DNA from: Lingula anatina
Taxonomy: Eukaryota; Animalia; Brachiopoda
Length of the DNA: 64,000 nt
Assembly: GCA_051362555.1 (NCBI GenBank)
Contig: CM120643.1
Location: 1,488,001 to 1,552,000, forward strand
Reading direction: 5' to 3'
Position numbers and translations under genes: made by a program. Positions 27,401-39,400 of this stretch are shown in pieces. Under the pieces are notes generated by a model. That model was not told the DNA's origin, ran no database searches, and saw only the letters and a program-made list of their open reading frames with translations. Numbering within the stretch: position 1 is the stretch's first letter; each line of letters starts with the position of its first letter.

Positions 27401-30400
27401 TTCAATAATAAACTAATCCAACAGATCACAGAGAGTGGATCAGATGTAAAAATTATGTAACTACGAAGGTTAAAACAAAAAAAAAATGTGATCAAATATC
27501 TTTCGATCGAAAGTTAAAAAGCTATTCGCGTAAACACCAAAAGGATAAGCCCTGCGCTGAAAGTAAACAGAATTATTGCGAGTTCTAGAAACAAATAGGA
27601 AAGTTGGATATAAAGAGGCGCAATACGGTACCTGGGAAGTTGTTGATGACAAGAAAATAATAACTGATAAAAGCTAGGCAAGTGCTTACAAGATGGCAAA
27701 GAGACTACCAGAAACTCTTTAATAATGTTTCACCCGCCAGCTTCTATGAAAAATTCTTAAATTCGGTCATCGCCGCGGAAAACGATGAGGGGTTACATTT
27801 AAGGAACTCTTCCTACGAAATTCAGCTTAATGGCCCTATTAGACGAGATGAAGTATATAACGCAGGAATGTGACAGAAGAATGGAAATTCGGCTTTGTTA
27901 AATGTCATTGTATCTAATTATATGACACCGTTTATTACAGGGTGAAATTTTAGTTATATCAATAAAGGCTTTTTATACCACAAAGAGAGTCTGTCTGTTA
28001 CAGATATTATTTATTTTTCAATTCATATCTTAATTAATTAGCAAAATTAAATATGCTAAAAGTTGGATTTTGTTCTTCAGGGAGGACTGTAAAGCTACCG
28101 TACTAGGATTAAGAATATGTACATTTACCCCGGGGACCATTTGAAGATTACACTGCGATTAATGCGGTGGAAAATACAATAGAGAGAGTGTATAATAATA
28201 GGGTCGCTAAACGATTGTTGACGGCATATAGTAACTAGCCTAATCCCCTGGTCGCCTGGGTAGCCACGCCCCCTTAGAGTACTTAAGTAAACAAACGGTC
28301 TCCCGTAGCGAACTATCCTTTTGTTCAACAGCTTCGCGCGTGCAGCTGATTATGTATGTAGTGACACTATAGCTAACTGCATATAAATTTGTGCTAGCTG
28401 TTATTTGATTCATTCTGCTGTGTCGGTTCGTTGACTTATGTTTTTCTGAAGATTGGTGGTGCAGATTTTGAGTGCTTAATTATTTACCCTCCTTCTAACA
28501 AGAGAAAGGGGAAGGGAGATAAAAAGAGAGAGTGTCAAATGAAACGGGTAATGAGTAATACATTACATTAAATAAAGGGAGTCGCGGTGGAAGAAACGAT
28601 AGACTGTTTTGCATCAAGGTATGCCATTATAATCCGACATGGCCCATAACATGATCCATAACATGACTCATTGTTGTATACCTTATATTTGTGCCGACTT
28701 ATATTTTACTCTCGTTCATTTCGTGAAACTATTTCCTTGAATAAAGTTTTGCCTGTATAAATTAATTTTGTGACATGAAGTAATTAATAAAACGCGCCTG
28801 TTGAAAAGGGGTGTTTTCGTAACTAATAAAGGTTCACTATTCAGAAAAAGATCGTCGCCGTTCGTCGCCGCTACCTTTAGGAAAGCGTACCCTCCGCGTG
28901 GATCACCGGCATTTTTGATTATCTGACAAATTAGGGCAATTTACGTTTTAGCTAATAATTCTGAATTTACTAATATTTTGGACTAAATTCGATGTCAGAT
29001 TCATAGCAATGACTGAGAGCCGCCAGAGTAACTGTTTAATTTTCTAAACCAATCAAACTAGAACGCGTGGCGATAAAATGTGTCGCTAGATCTTGTAAAC
29101 ACTCAGCGAAATGCACCTAGTGACTATGTTCAATGTGCCGCCACTTAATTGCTTTCTCGATTTCATTAATTGACGATAGTAATTGCAGATAACAAGGAAG
29201 AAGAAATGCTGAAGACAAAACAACGTCGGGTCTTTGTGTGACTTTCTCCCTAAACACTTTTTATGTTGCTGTCAAAGAAAAAGGAGTCTAGATAGCGATT
29301 ATTTAAACCACTGCTGCTGCTTTTGCAGGTAGACTTCCTCGTTTATCATTTAAATGCTCCCCTCCCCCAGCAGACCCAACTTGATGCATGTACGTCTTGG
29401 TAGCTATAGTACAGATCTTGGTTCAAATAATGAAAGGTTTAAGCACAAAACGATAATTTGAGGCTATTTTTTCATTCAAGACATAAAGTATCTATGGTGT
29501 GTGACAATAGGGACTTTACAAAGCTTAATTTGTCCTTAAATATATATTCCAGTAGCATAGGCGAGCGACGTAATTGTAACCTCAACTTGAGGTATCCTCG
29601 ATGAAAGCGGAGTACAAAAATTCAATTTTTTAAATATCGATTACAACATGCTGTACAATGATATTGAGACTAAAGGGTTTAATGGACTTCTTTGCCTTAA
29701 AAGCAATTCATTTCAAAATTAAAAGAAACAGTTTTTTCGGGGAGCGCGGGTAGACAGTTTACGTCAGGTGATTCGTTAAAGTCGAGGAGTGTTTCACTAT
29801 CAATGTTAATCATATATGTCATTAAACACTATAAGAAAGTTTTTTTGTTACGATCTGCAACAATTGTTCATTTATATAGCAGGGCGAAGTTAAAGCCAGA
29901 GGTAAATAGAACCTAATACCGTAATCCTCCTCGTCCATTTATTTAAATCGTATCAAAACGTTTGATACACAATGTTCATTAAATTCATAATTTTGGCGAT
30001 TTATTAAAACCATATTGGTACATAAAAGTTTAAGATTAGCATAAGTTAAGCAACAACCAGTATGAAGAACAACACCCTTTTTAAATGAGGCAAGACACCC
30101 TCTTCACACTGATTATAACCTTGAGAAAGACATTATGCAACTTAAGGCAAAGGAGTTATGCAAAGTTCTTTCAACTCGTGTTTGAATACAACATATTCTT
30201 TGTCACTTTTACAAGACAATGGAGGCGAGCAAGTAGAGTAATTACAATATACAATAAAAAGGACATTAGTATAGAAAGCTTACTTCGGGTCAGCCCCTTG
30301 CTTGTTCGAATGAAAGAGATAGATATCGCGCCGCGACTCCCTTTATCAAACCTTCGTGTGTTTGTGTAAAAGTGTGAAAGACAGGCAACGGTCTTTAGTC

Positions 30401-33400
30401 GCTGTTGATATTGTTCGCGATTAATATTGAAGTATAACTCCTTCGCCTGCATGTAAACGTGTTACTTTTCCTCATGTTCTCTATATTTCTTTTAGGTGGT
30501 TGAGACAATGGGATGAGATCGATAAAAGTAAAGGTTAATCTAAACAATTAGATGCGATTTTTGTGAAATGACTTATTAAGTGATGTGCATGTACCTAGCA
30601 TGTTTAAATTCTTGAATTTCTGATTTGTTAAATCTTTAATACACGGCTTCATATATGTATTACTCTCAGGCCTTCGATATTATTGTGTTACACGGGACTA
30701 CTGGAAACCTGAAGCACAGGTCTACGGAGTCTTGTTATCCTTCATGCAGTTTTATGGCTGGGATGAACACTGCGAAGTAGAAACAGGCTTTACTTAGCTT
30801 TACTTGATGCACGACAGTTTAAACAAAACCAGTCTGCAAGGCTTGCTTTGATTTGGCGTTAACCTTACACTGGTTTTAAAAGAACAAATATAAATATGTT
30901 CGATGGATTAAATACCGGCTTCGTTATATTTAACTAAATGCGTCCATTTGCACAGTTACACAGGTAATATTTGTAAGTTGTCTGTCGTTCAGCACGCATT
31001 ATAGGCGAGTAGCTAAATAGTGACGGTGATCAATCCAAGCTCAATCTTGGCAAATATCGTTTACAAAATAGATCATGTTGAATAAACTTAATTACGCTTT
31101 AATAAATAATCAACACACGGTTCGGTTATTGTCACTTGAAAGCTTTCGATCAAAGACGTTCAATGAAATCACAAATCATTTGACGATTAAAAATGGACAT
31201 GTTCAAGGGACAGTTTTTGTTTCAGATAAAGGGACTTCAGGTTCAGGTAGAGGGTTCAGTTACGTGTTTCATCGGATGATAGCATCACGCCCTAGGTCTA
31301 AGCGAGTTGAATAGAAGCTTTTTATCCAAACATCCTATTCCTAACTACTGAGTTAGGACAAAGGTCTAGTAACATGTACATGTACTGTGCAATTACTATT
31401 TATGGATCAGATGCATACCTGATTGTTTTTCCTCTGGTGTCGCACGTATGCATCCTTTCTTGAGTGATCTAAAACAAGTCGCTAGTGTACCATGTTTCTC
31501 ACTACATAGCAAAATATGTTCGACATGGTGTTTCTGAACGGCAGCCGGAGACACAGTAATTGTATAGGCATGCTTTAAGCTTGTTCGAGAGATAATAACA
31601 GTCGGGTTTAACAATAGATAGCGAGCTATAGTAAGACCCCCTCCTCTTTAACTGATGATTTTCACTTTTAATTGACCGTACTTTCGTATATTGTATGATC
31701 ATACAGCCAGACTTCCCCCTGTTGCACGTTGTAGTTGGATTGTCATTGCGCCTATGTCAATGCACCTCATTTAATTTCAATATTATAATAAAAGCATAAT
31801 ATAAGTAATATGTTATTTCCTTATTCCTCTTTCATTATCATTCATGTTTTATAAATACTTGAAAGCTTGAATGCAGATATTTCAAATTAAAACGTAAGTA
31901 CATAAATAAATTATACATTTATAAATTAATGCAATAGGAATTTTTTGAGACAGATTGATGCTGACGCTCATGCATTTCAACCAAACAAACAATAATTAGT
32001 TCAATTTTTGACTGCGGAAATTTTATATAGGATGAAATAACTGATAACAAATTTAACTAGCAGTTTGTTAGCAACACTAAAAACCAGCTGCGCGTGCCAA
32101 ACTAGTGAACAAAAGGACAGTTCGCTTCGCGTGGCACGCCTTAGCATGGGTTTAGCCTCTTCAAGCTATAATCCTATCGCTGCATCAAACAATAGGGACC
32201 TTCTGGCTGATGTATCCTGCTGTTAATTACACCTAGTTACAGCGGATTGTCACGCTCGCGCTGGGCCACAGAAACCGGCGTCATGGGGTTCACTCGTATT
32301 AAGTATTGTGTTATTCCACCTAAGCTATTGTGTTTGTGCGTTCGAATTTTGAAGGGATTTATACGGCCCTCCATTGTTTGTCCGCCCCCTTCTATTCACA
32401 AGATAGGGATTAAAATATTTCGAACGTTGTTACACCGGTGTACAACGGAAACAAAATTATTCCGACCACTGTACCCCATGAATATGTATGAATAGTGAAC
32501 AAGCTCTGATACTTAGGGCAAATACAAGGTGTACACTCCAAAAGTCTAAATGACTCGCAATGTCTCGTAATATGAAGAGTGCAGTGGTACGGATGGGACG
32601 TATGGTATAAAACGAATCGAACAATTGAATAAAAAACAGATTTATTACCTCTGAAGCCAATTTGTCCTTATGAGTTCCAATAATCAAAACGTGTGGGATG
32701 ACGCTCTTGTTTTCTTTTGATTTTCTAACTGTGTGCATATGGATAGAGTTCAACCAATACACTATGAACTCTGAAAAATGTAAAAGAAACATTAAGGTAA
32801 AGAAGACTGTTTATCACAATTTCCCCAACAAAAATAACACGGCCAGTTCTGTTGATTATTAACAGAAGGCGCAAACAGAGGAACGGTCGGCGTTTCCAAT
32901 TCAAATTAAAGGATAGTTGCACTTGCATTAGTGCTTACAGATAAAACATCTAACATGGTCTTTCACAGTTACCTAAAAAAAGGCATCTAAATGTAATCTT
33001 CATCATACCTTTCACGGTCTTCTCTCCTCTGTATACCGGTATTTTGGTATCGAGGTCTACGTCAAGCCTGAACACCAACAAGTAGATGTTCTGCTCTGAG
33101 AGGAAAGTCTGGTGAGTGGTGTAGTAAACATCTTGACCACCAAAATCCCAAATTGTAATCTGTTTCTCAGGATCCACAGGTTCTCCACGAGCACCTGACT
33201 CTATTTTTTGCACAAGGTCCGGATGGAAATTCTTGAAACTGGCTGTCTCTGCTATAAATACGATTAATTTGGAAGGGTCTTATGAACGTGGTTTACGGTA
33301 TATTTAAGTTAGGTAACATTGGGAGAATTCACATCGAGAGGAACCGAGGTCTAGTAAGATCGCTACCTAATATGGCGGACCTACATGAAAGGGAAACCGC

Positions 33401-36400
33401 TTAATTCGTTAATGGTCTCTCTATCTCTCACACGCCTCTCCGCGCGTCGTCCCTGAAGGGGCTCACTAATTAAATCTCGGCTCAATTCAACCTGTCGAGG
33501 GACGATGCGTGGGGGAACCGAGGGTGAGAGGCGGGGAGACCATTACAGGATTAAGTGGTTTTCCTAACATGTAGGTCCGCCATATTTAGGTAGCGGCCTT
33601 ATTAGACCTTGACTCATCTCGATGTGAATGCTCCCATTGATTGCTGAAAGAGTGGTGACAATGAAATTGCTACTTCATTGGCCGTAACATATTCCGCACT
33701 GTCTTATACCAAAGAATACTGTTTCATACATTCCCCAGATATTACGATATTAAGTGGACTCTTACGAAATGGATGGACCACAGTCGTGAAAAAGGTGTGC
33801 ATTTTTTTTTTTTTTGGAAAGTAAAGAAATATAATTTATTGTTTCTGTTCTATTAAAAAACCGTAAGTGAGGAACATGTACCTGTTTCTGACTCCCGAGT
33901 GTTGCTATAAATAACCTTCTCCACCTTTCGGGATTCCACTGGTGGCTTTTCGTCCACTTGGTCTACCCGGCGGAATGCGTCTGGTTTCTGTATTCCAATT
34001 ACCATGTGTTGCACCAGGTGATCTTCTGGGTCATCTGAGGATTGTGAAAAGAACATTCATATTGACATGATATTTTCTAACCCAAGATGCATCAGGTTAT
34101 GGAGCTGTGTGACTTATAGGGGCCATAGGGCCTAGAGCCTGGTTTGAAAAATATACAAGACGAAGGTTTACAAAAATATGAAGAATCTTGGAAAATGAAA
34201 CTGTCACGATCGCAGGTGTCTGAATATTGACAAGAAACCCACAAAGCTTTTGAACGAGCACTTTTTCAGCAAAGTTGTTGATAGCCATACATGAATATGC
34301 ACTGATGGTACCCCCCTCGTCTTCCAGCCCAATGTGGTGGGAAAATCTTAACCACTTTAGAGCTTATGGAAAAGTACAGCGCCCCTAATTTTGCTCCATT
34401 CTGTTCTTTCCTTCCCAAATACACTAGTGTCAAATATGTTTTCTAAGTCTCATTACCTTTCCCTCTGACCCAACTAGATCGGCCGTCTTTATGGACGATG
34501 CACCTATGGCGGTATATCTTCACACCAGGTGTATATGCGTCTGTTTCTTCGTCATATTCCTCTTGAAGGAGGCGCTTGACGAGATGAGTCTTCCCCACAC
34601 CGTAGGGACCAACAATAGCTACTCGCTGTCTGTAAACTGGGACTGCACCACTGGCACATAAGCGGTCAAACTTTGCTCTAAAATCTGGTAATAAACAGAA
34701 CAGGTGTAACGTGACAAAGAGTCCCCCATATCAGAGAGTCCGCTTCCCATTCATTTGAACAGGTGAGCTTTTTCCTAGATTTTGATCCACTATGATCAGA
34801 CTAAACCTTAATGTTATAACTATATGGAGTGCGGACTTTGTGTTACACGGACTGGACCCTCAGTTTCAATATACCGGTAATTTATGACACTGCTACAGGC
34901 AACAGCACGTAGTAACTTTTCGACATGATTAACAGACGTTACGTGCGATCTAGCTACGTCTTAGCCGGATGCAAGGTACATAAAAACCGTGCGCCCAAAA
35001 CGTAGTTGGGACCTAGGCTTTACGACCAACCGTGGTTAGAGTGTCCGCCTCCGGAGCAGGAGGACGCGGGTTCAAGCCCGTCCGGGGCCATACCAGCCCT
35101 TTATAAACGATACCTGCGGTCTCCCCGCTTGGCAATCAGCACTAAGGGGTTGAAGCAGGGACCTGGTCTGGCAGTGCAGAAATGAAATATTAGCTCTGAG
35201 CGCCTTTTCATAGTTAGTCGCACTGGTTGTCGGTACACAAAAATGGCCTTCGTATGTCAACGATCGCAGGCGACCTGTTAGCAGCCTTATGCGACCACTT
35301 TTAAACCTAAAGGCTGGGTCACACTGCGCTTGCAACCTTTTGGCAACCTCTTTGCAACCTCAGCCGCAAGGAGGTTGCCCTAGGTTTTAAAGTGGTCGCA
35401 TTAGGTTGCAAACAGGTCGCCTGCGATCGTTGACACACGAAGGCCATTTTTTTGGCACCGACAACCAGTGCGACTGATAATGAAAACGATTGGTAACTGA
35501 GAGGTTGCCTATAGGTCTCCTCTTGGTTGCCAGTAGGTCGCTGTAACCAGACTAAAACCAGTCGCATACCACCTGTAACTGCACGGTCGATTGACGGTCT
35601 TTAGTCGCTTAGTTGCAAACAGGTTACTAACCGGTTGCAAGCGGTGGGCAGCAGGTCGCAAGGAGGTTGCAGTTGAAACTTCATGGTCGATTAACGGTCT
35701 TTAGTCGCTTGGTCTCTAACAGGTTTCTTACAGCTCGCATGCACTCGAAAACATGTCGCGAGAAGGTCGCAAGCAACCGTGATAAAATAAGCGTAGGATG
35801 GTGGCCACTAAATATATAAATATATTTTTCATTTATATCATGCCATTAAGGCTTTCTAAATACCTTGACAAAAATCGTTATTTCTCAATTAAAACGTAGA
35901 TTGTATTTGTTGTCATCCTTTTAAATTTATTTACAAGGTTTTCATAAGTATTTTTTTTCAATAAAATAAATAAATGTATGAGTCCCTATCAGCCACCATA
36001 CTTGACTAAAAGTGTTGTAAATAGAAGCCGCTGAGCCCGTGTCTTCAGTCCCCAGTATGTCATCCAACAGCGTGGGAAGGGTGGCCAGAATGTATTTTGA
36101 GAAAGCAAATGCCCGTGAAGAAAGTTCTTCACAAAGTTCCAACAGACTCTGCTTCCCACGAAGAGGATCAACCGAAAGATGATGAACGCGGAGGAGACAG
36201 GGAGCCTAAATTTACTATTAAAGAGGAAGAAGAATTAGTTGATTTTTTTTAAGGAAAACGAGTTTTTCTATAACCAACAATTGAAAGACTTTAAAAACAA
36301 ATCAAATAAAGTGCCAAAACAATCAATAATGATTATCACAATGTAAACGATAAACTGTTATCTTTTTATCCATTCCTATATCATGGCTAATTTTTGACAA

Positions 36401-39400
36401 CTATTGTTGTCAAATCTACTGGAAACATTTTTAATGACTAAAGCAGCCGGAAATATCTTACTTTTTAATTTGCCAAGTCATAATTTGCCAAGTCACAATG
36501 GAAGAAAAATTAAGCAAATAGGCGGGCGCAGAGAAAAAAAGTAAATAGCAAAGTTTGATTCATACTTTTTACAATAAATTTAATTGTCAGGCATTTTTAT
36601 AACAGTAAAACAGTGTCACCAATATAAAGAAGGTCAAATAAATACAAATTAACTTCCTCCCAGTACTTAGAATTCGTACCACAAGGACGGAAACAAATTG
36701 ATGACGCGCAGGATCCTTCACTATTTAAAGATGTTGTATTGTAAGTGTAACGCTTGGGGCTACAAAGACAAAGGGAAAACCACACAATCGGTCGCAAATC
36801 AGTTGCTAAGCAGTCGGCGACCTTTTAGCAACCGGTTGGATACCACAAATAGGCTTTTCGGTCGCCAGGAGGTTTTCGGTGCTGCACCGAAAACCGGCGC
36901 GACCGGATAGTAACCCAGCGTTCATTTGGAGACCACTTTGCGAGTTGTTGCAACTTGTCGCCCACCTTTCTGCAACCGGTGACAGTTGCAAGTCGCAAGG
37001 AGGTTTTATGTTCAGTGTGACCGTAACTGCACAGGCCTTGCGACCTCAAAGATACCAAGTATTGAAAAAAGAAACTATGCATGCCTATTATTACATTAAT
37101 AAGGCTGAAAAAACATCCAAATATGTGTTTTATTACACCACTGGTTTGATATAAATGCCAATATATAGTACAAATATATTTCTTATTTATTATTGTAAGT
37201 TTGACAATATTGGTAGTACAGAAATCGACTGTGACGTTATAACAGAATCTCATAGCAGAATCATACTTTAATATTCAAAATATTAAATCATTTGAAGCTG
37301 CTACAGAACGGATCCAATCGTTGTATAATGTTTAAAATATTCCCTCTGTTGTCATCCGAGAGGGAAATTTACGAGAAGGCAGCTATCGTCACAACTTATA
37401 AAATATATATAGTCTGTGCAACCTTGCTGCTACCAGTTGGCAAGCGATCGCTACAGTCCTGCAACCGGTTTTCAGTCTCCAAGTGGTTGCTGACAGGTTG
37501 TTTATCGCTCGCCTAACGGTGTGCGACTGGTAACCTCTGACTTGAAGATTGTCTGTAAGAGGTTGCAGATACCATACTGTAACCTTGTTGCAACCGGTTA
37601 GCAACTGCTTGCCGATCAAAATATGCAAATTAGGTCGCAAAGTGATCGCAAGCGACCACCAGATTTTGTGGTTGCAAAGAGGTTGCCAAAAGGTTGCAAG
37701 CGCAGTGTGACCCAGCCTTAAGGCAGCCTCCTTGCGACTAAGGTTGCAAAGAGGTTGCCAAAAGGTTGCAAGCGCAGTGTGACGGGGGCTTTAGATCTAC
37801 TGTCCCACCAGGACATCCCAGCTGTAGGACATATATTGCTGTCGAACATAATTTTCATTCACATTTACACAGGACGACAGGGACGGGTATCAAAATGAGT
37901 TAATTGAAGTATCAATAGCTATATGCTGTAATTATACAATTAATATTGCAATCTGTTTATTTCACTGTATTTCAGGCCTGCAGGCCAAGAGTACATCAAT
38001 TGAGTTCTATTTATAATACTGAGCTGACTACACAGGGATATATATCATAAATGACACTAATTACTTATCTAAAAGAACATCTCTTAATTTCTCTGCAGAT
38101 AAACAGATTGCAAGGGATATATATCATAAATGACACTAATTACTTATCTAAAAGAACATCTCTTAATTTCTCTGCAGATAAACAGATTGCAATATATTGC
38201 TGTAATTATACAGGTTGAAAAGGGGCGTGTAAAATAATGTAACTTGGAGTTTAGCATCCAATCGTAGACTCAACGACTATCTGAGGTAGCTTATCAATTC
38301 AGTCATGAGCTCCAAATTTTGTTGACATACAGGGTTACTACTTAATATGGAATATTTTTTATCATTGTTATTTTTGAGTGCTGATTAAATATTCTTTGGC
38401 TTGATTCATCAAAAAAAGTATGTCACTGAGTGATAAAAACATCCAGTCTTCTGTTGTGAGATATTTTGGTCAATAATATCACATCTGACATAAGATGCCA
38501 TTCAAAAGAAAGGAACACCCCCAGAAAACCATGTCATCAGCTTGATGTCAATATTAACTTTAAGTTAAGATATTAAAGAAAGTGATATGTTACACAGTCA
38601 AAGAACTCACTACAGTTAATCATGAAAAGTCAGTAATTACGGGTATGACCTCCAGCAGCCGCTTGCAGCGCCCTCATCCTACATGGCATACCCTGTGCCA
38701 CGTTTTTTAGAGTTTGGATGGGGATATAATTCCACGCAGTGATATTTGCCTGTCGCAGTTCATCACTATTTACCGACCGATGACCATAGCTATTAAATCT
38801 GTGAGTTACTTTTGCCCAAAGTTTTTCAATTGGATTCAAATCGGGAGAGTTTGCAGGCCAGGGCAGTTGCTGAACCCATTGGTTTTGAAGAAAAATAGTG
38901 ATTTTGCGAGCTCGATGTGGTTGCGCAGTCGTCTTGGTATACAAATTTGTTCCTGAAGATGACTCTTACCAATCGAAGCATTGTTTTCTGTAGAATGTCT
39001 CTGTAAGAATCCTGGTTAAGGTTGCCTCCTAGAAAAAACAACTGGTCCTGGGCACCGACATGATATGCTCCCCAAACAGAGACGTTACCACCCCCCGCTT
39101 CCATCCTAGGCAGTGCACAATCATCGTTTTATGCCTCTCGTACACTTCGGCAGACACGGAATCTACCGTCCATATCTGGCCTCATCACCAAACCCATGCG
39201 TTTTTATACAAGGGCAGAAATTGCCAAAAAGACCACCCCTCACATTTCTGACCACAGAACATGCAACTGAATGCATTAATTGTTTCGTGAGTTGTGCAGT
39301 AATTAGGTAACACACTTGGCTACACATGGAGTGACACCTCAGTTTTGGATTTTTAAAAAAAAGTAAGAGAAAAAATAAATATTTTGTAGAAAATTTACTT

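Larger units (their letters stand above)
23190..27445 (+). pseudogene. Intron-containing Gypsy-like integrase (Ginger/GIN-type), truncated, antisense within host intron 6
   Basis: Exon-like pieces: ILTYLREDKF...VIRRAS (to 23311); VANMHSS (~23740); 23926-24113 GHLGRDKT...RYYWRNMVEDVRKFIACCAICQK (H2C2 finger); 26945 IGIDLIGPL...YYSK; 27357 GFPQTILSDQGREFNN (rve core). GT/AG borders flank the best-preserved pieces. Confidence 0.8.
22150..27900 (+). mobile_element. Degenerate non-LTR retrotransposon (APE-endonuclease LINE) split by nested insertions: ~22150-22812 and ~27450-27900
   Basis: Frameshifted endonuclease motifs LGVCYLPPE, IYGDFNA, NSHGTHFLNLLTDINICVLNG, then the LINE linker VLTRWQRDYQKLFN...LNGPIRRDEV. 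Confidence 0.65.

Noticed and set aside
30085-31702. Possible coding remnants (e.g. Polinton-like) in intron 6
   Set aside because: There are only short ORFs and I could not identify a convincing motif.
35028-35100. tRNA gene
   Set aside because: It has A and B boxes but no complete acceptor stem and continues into a SINE-like core.
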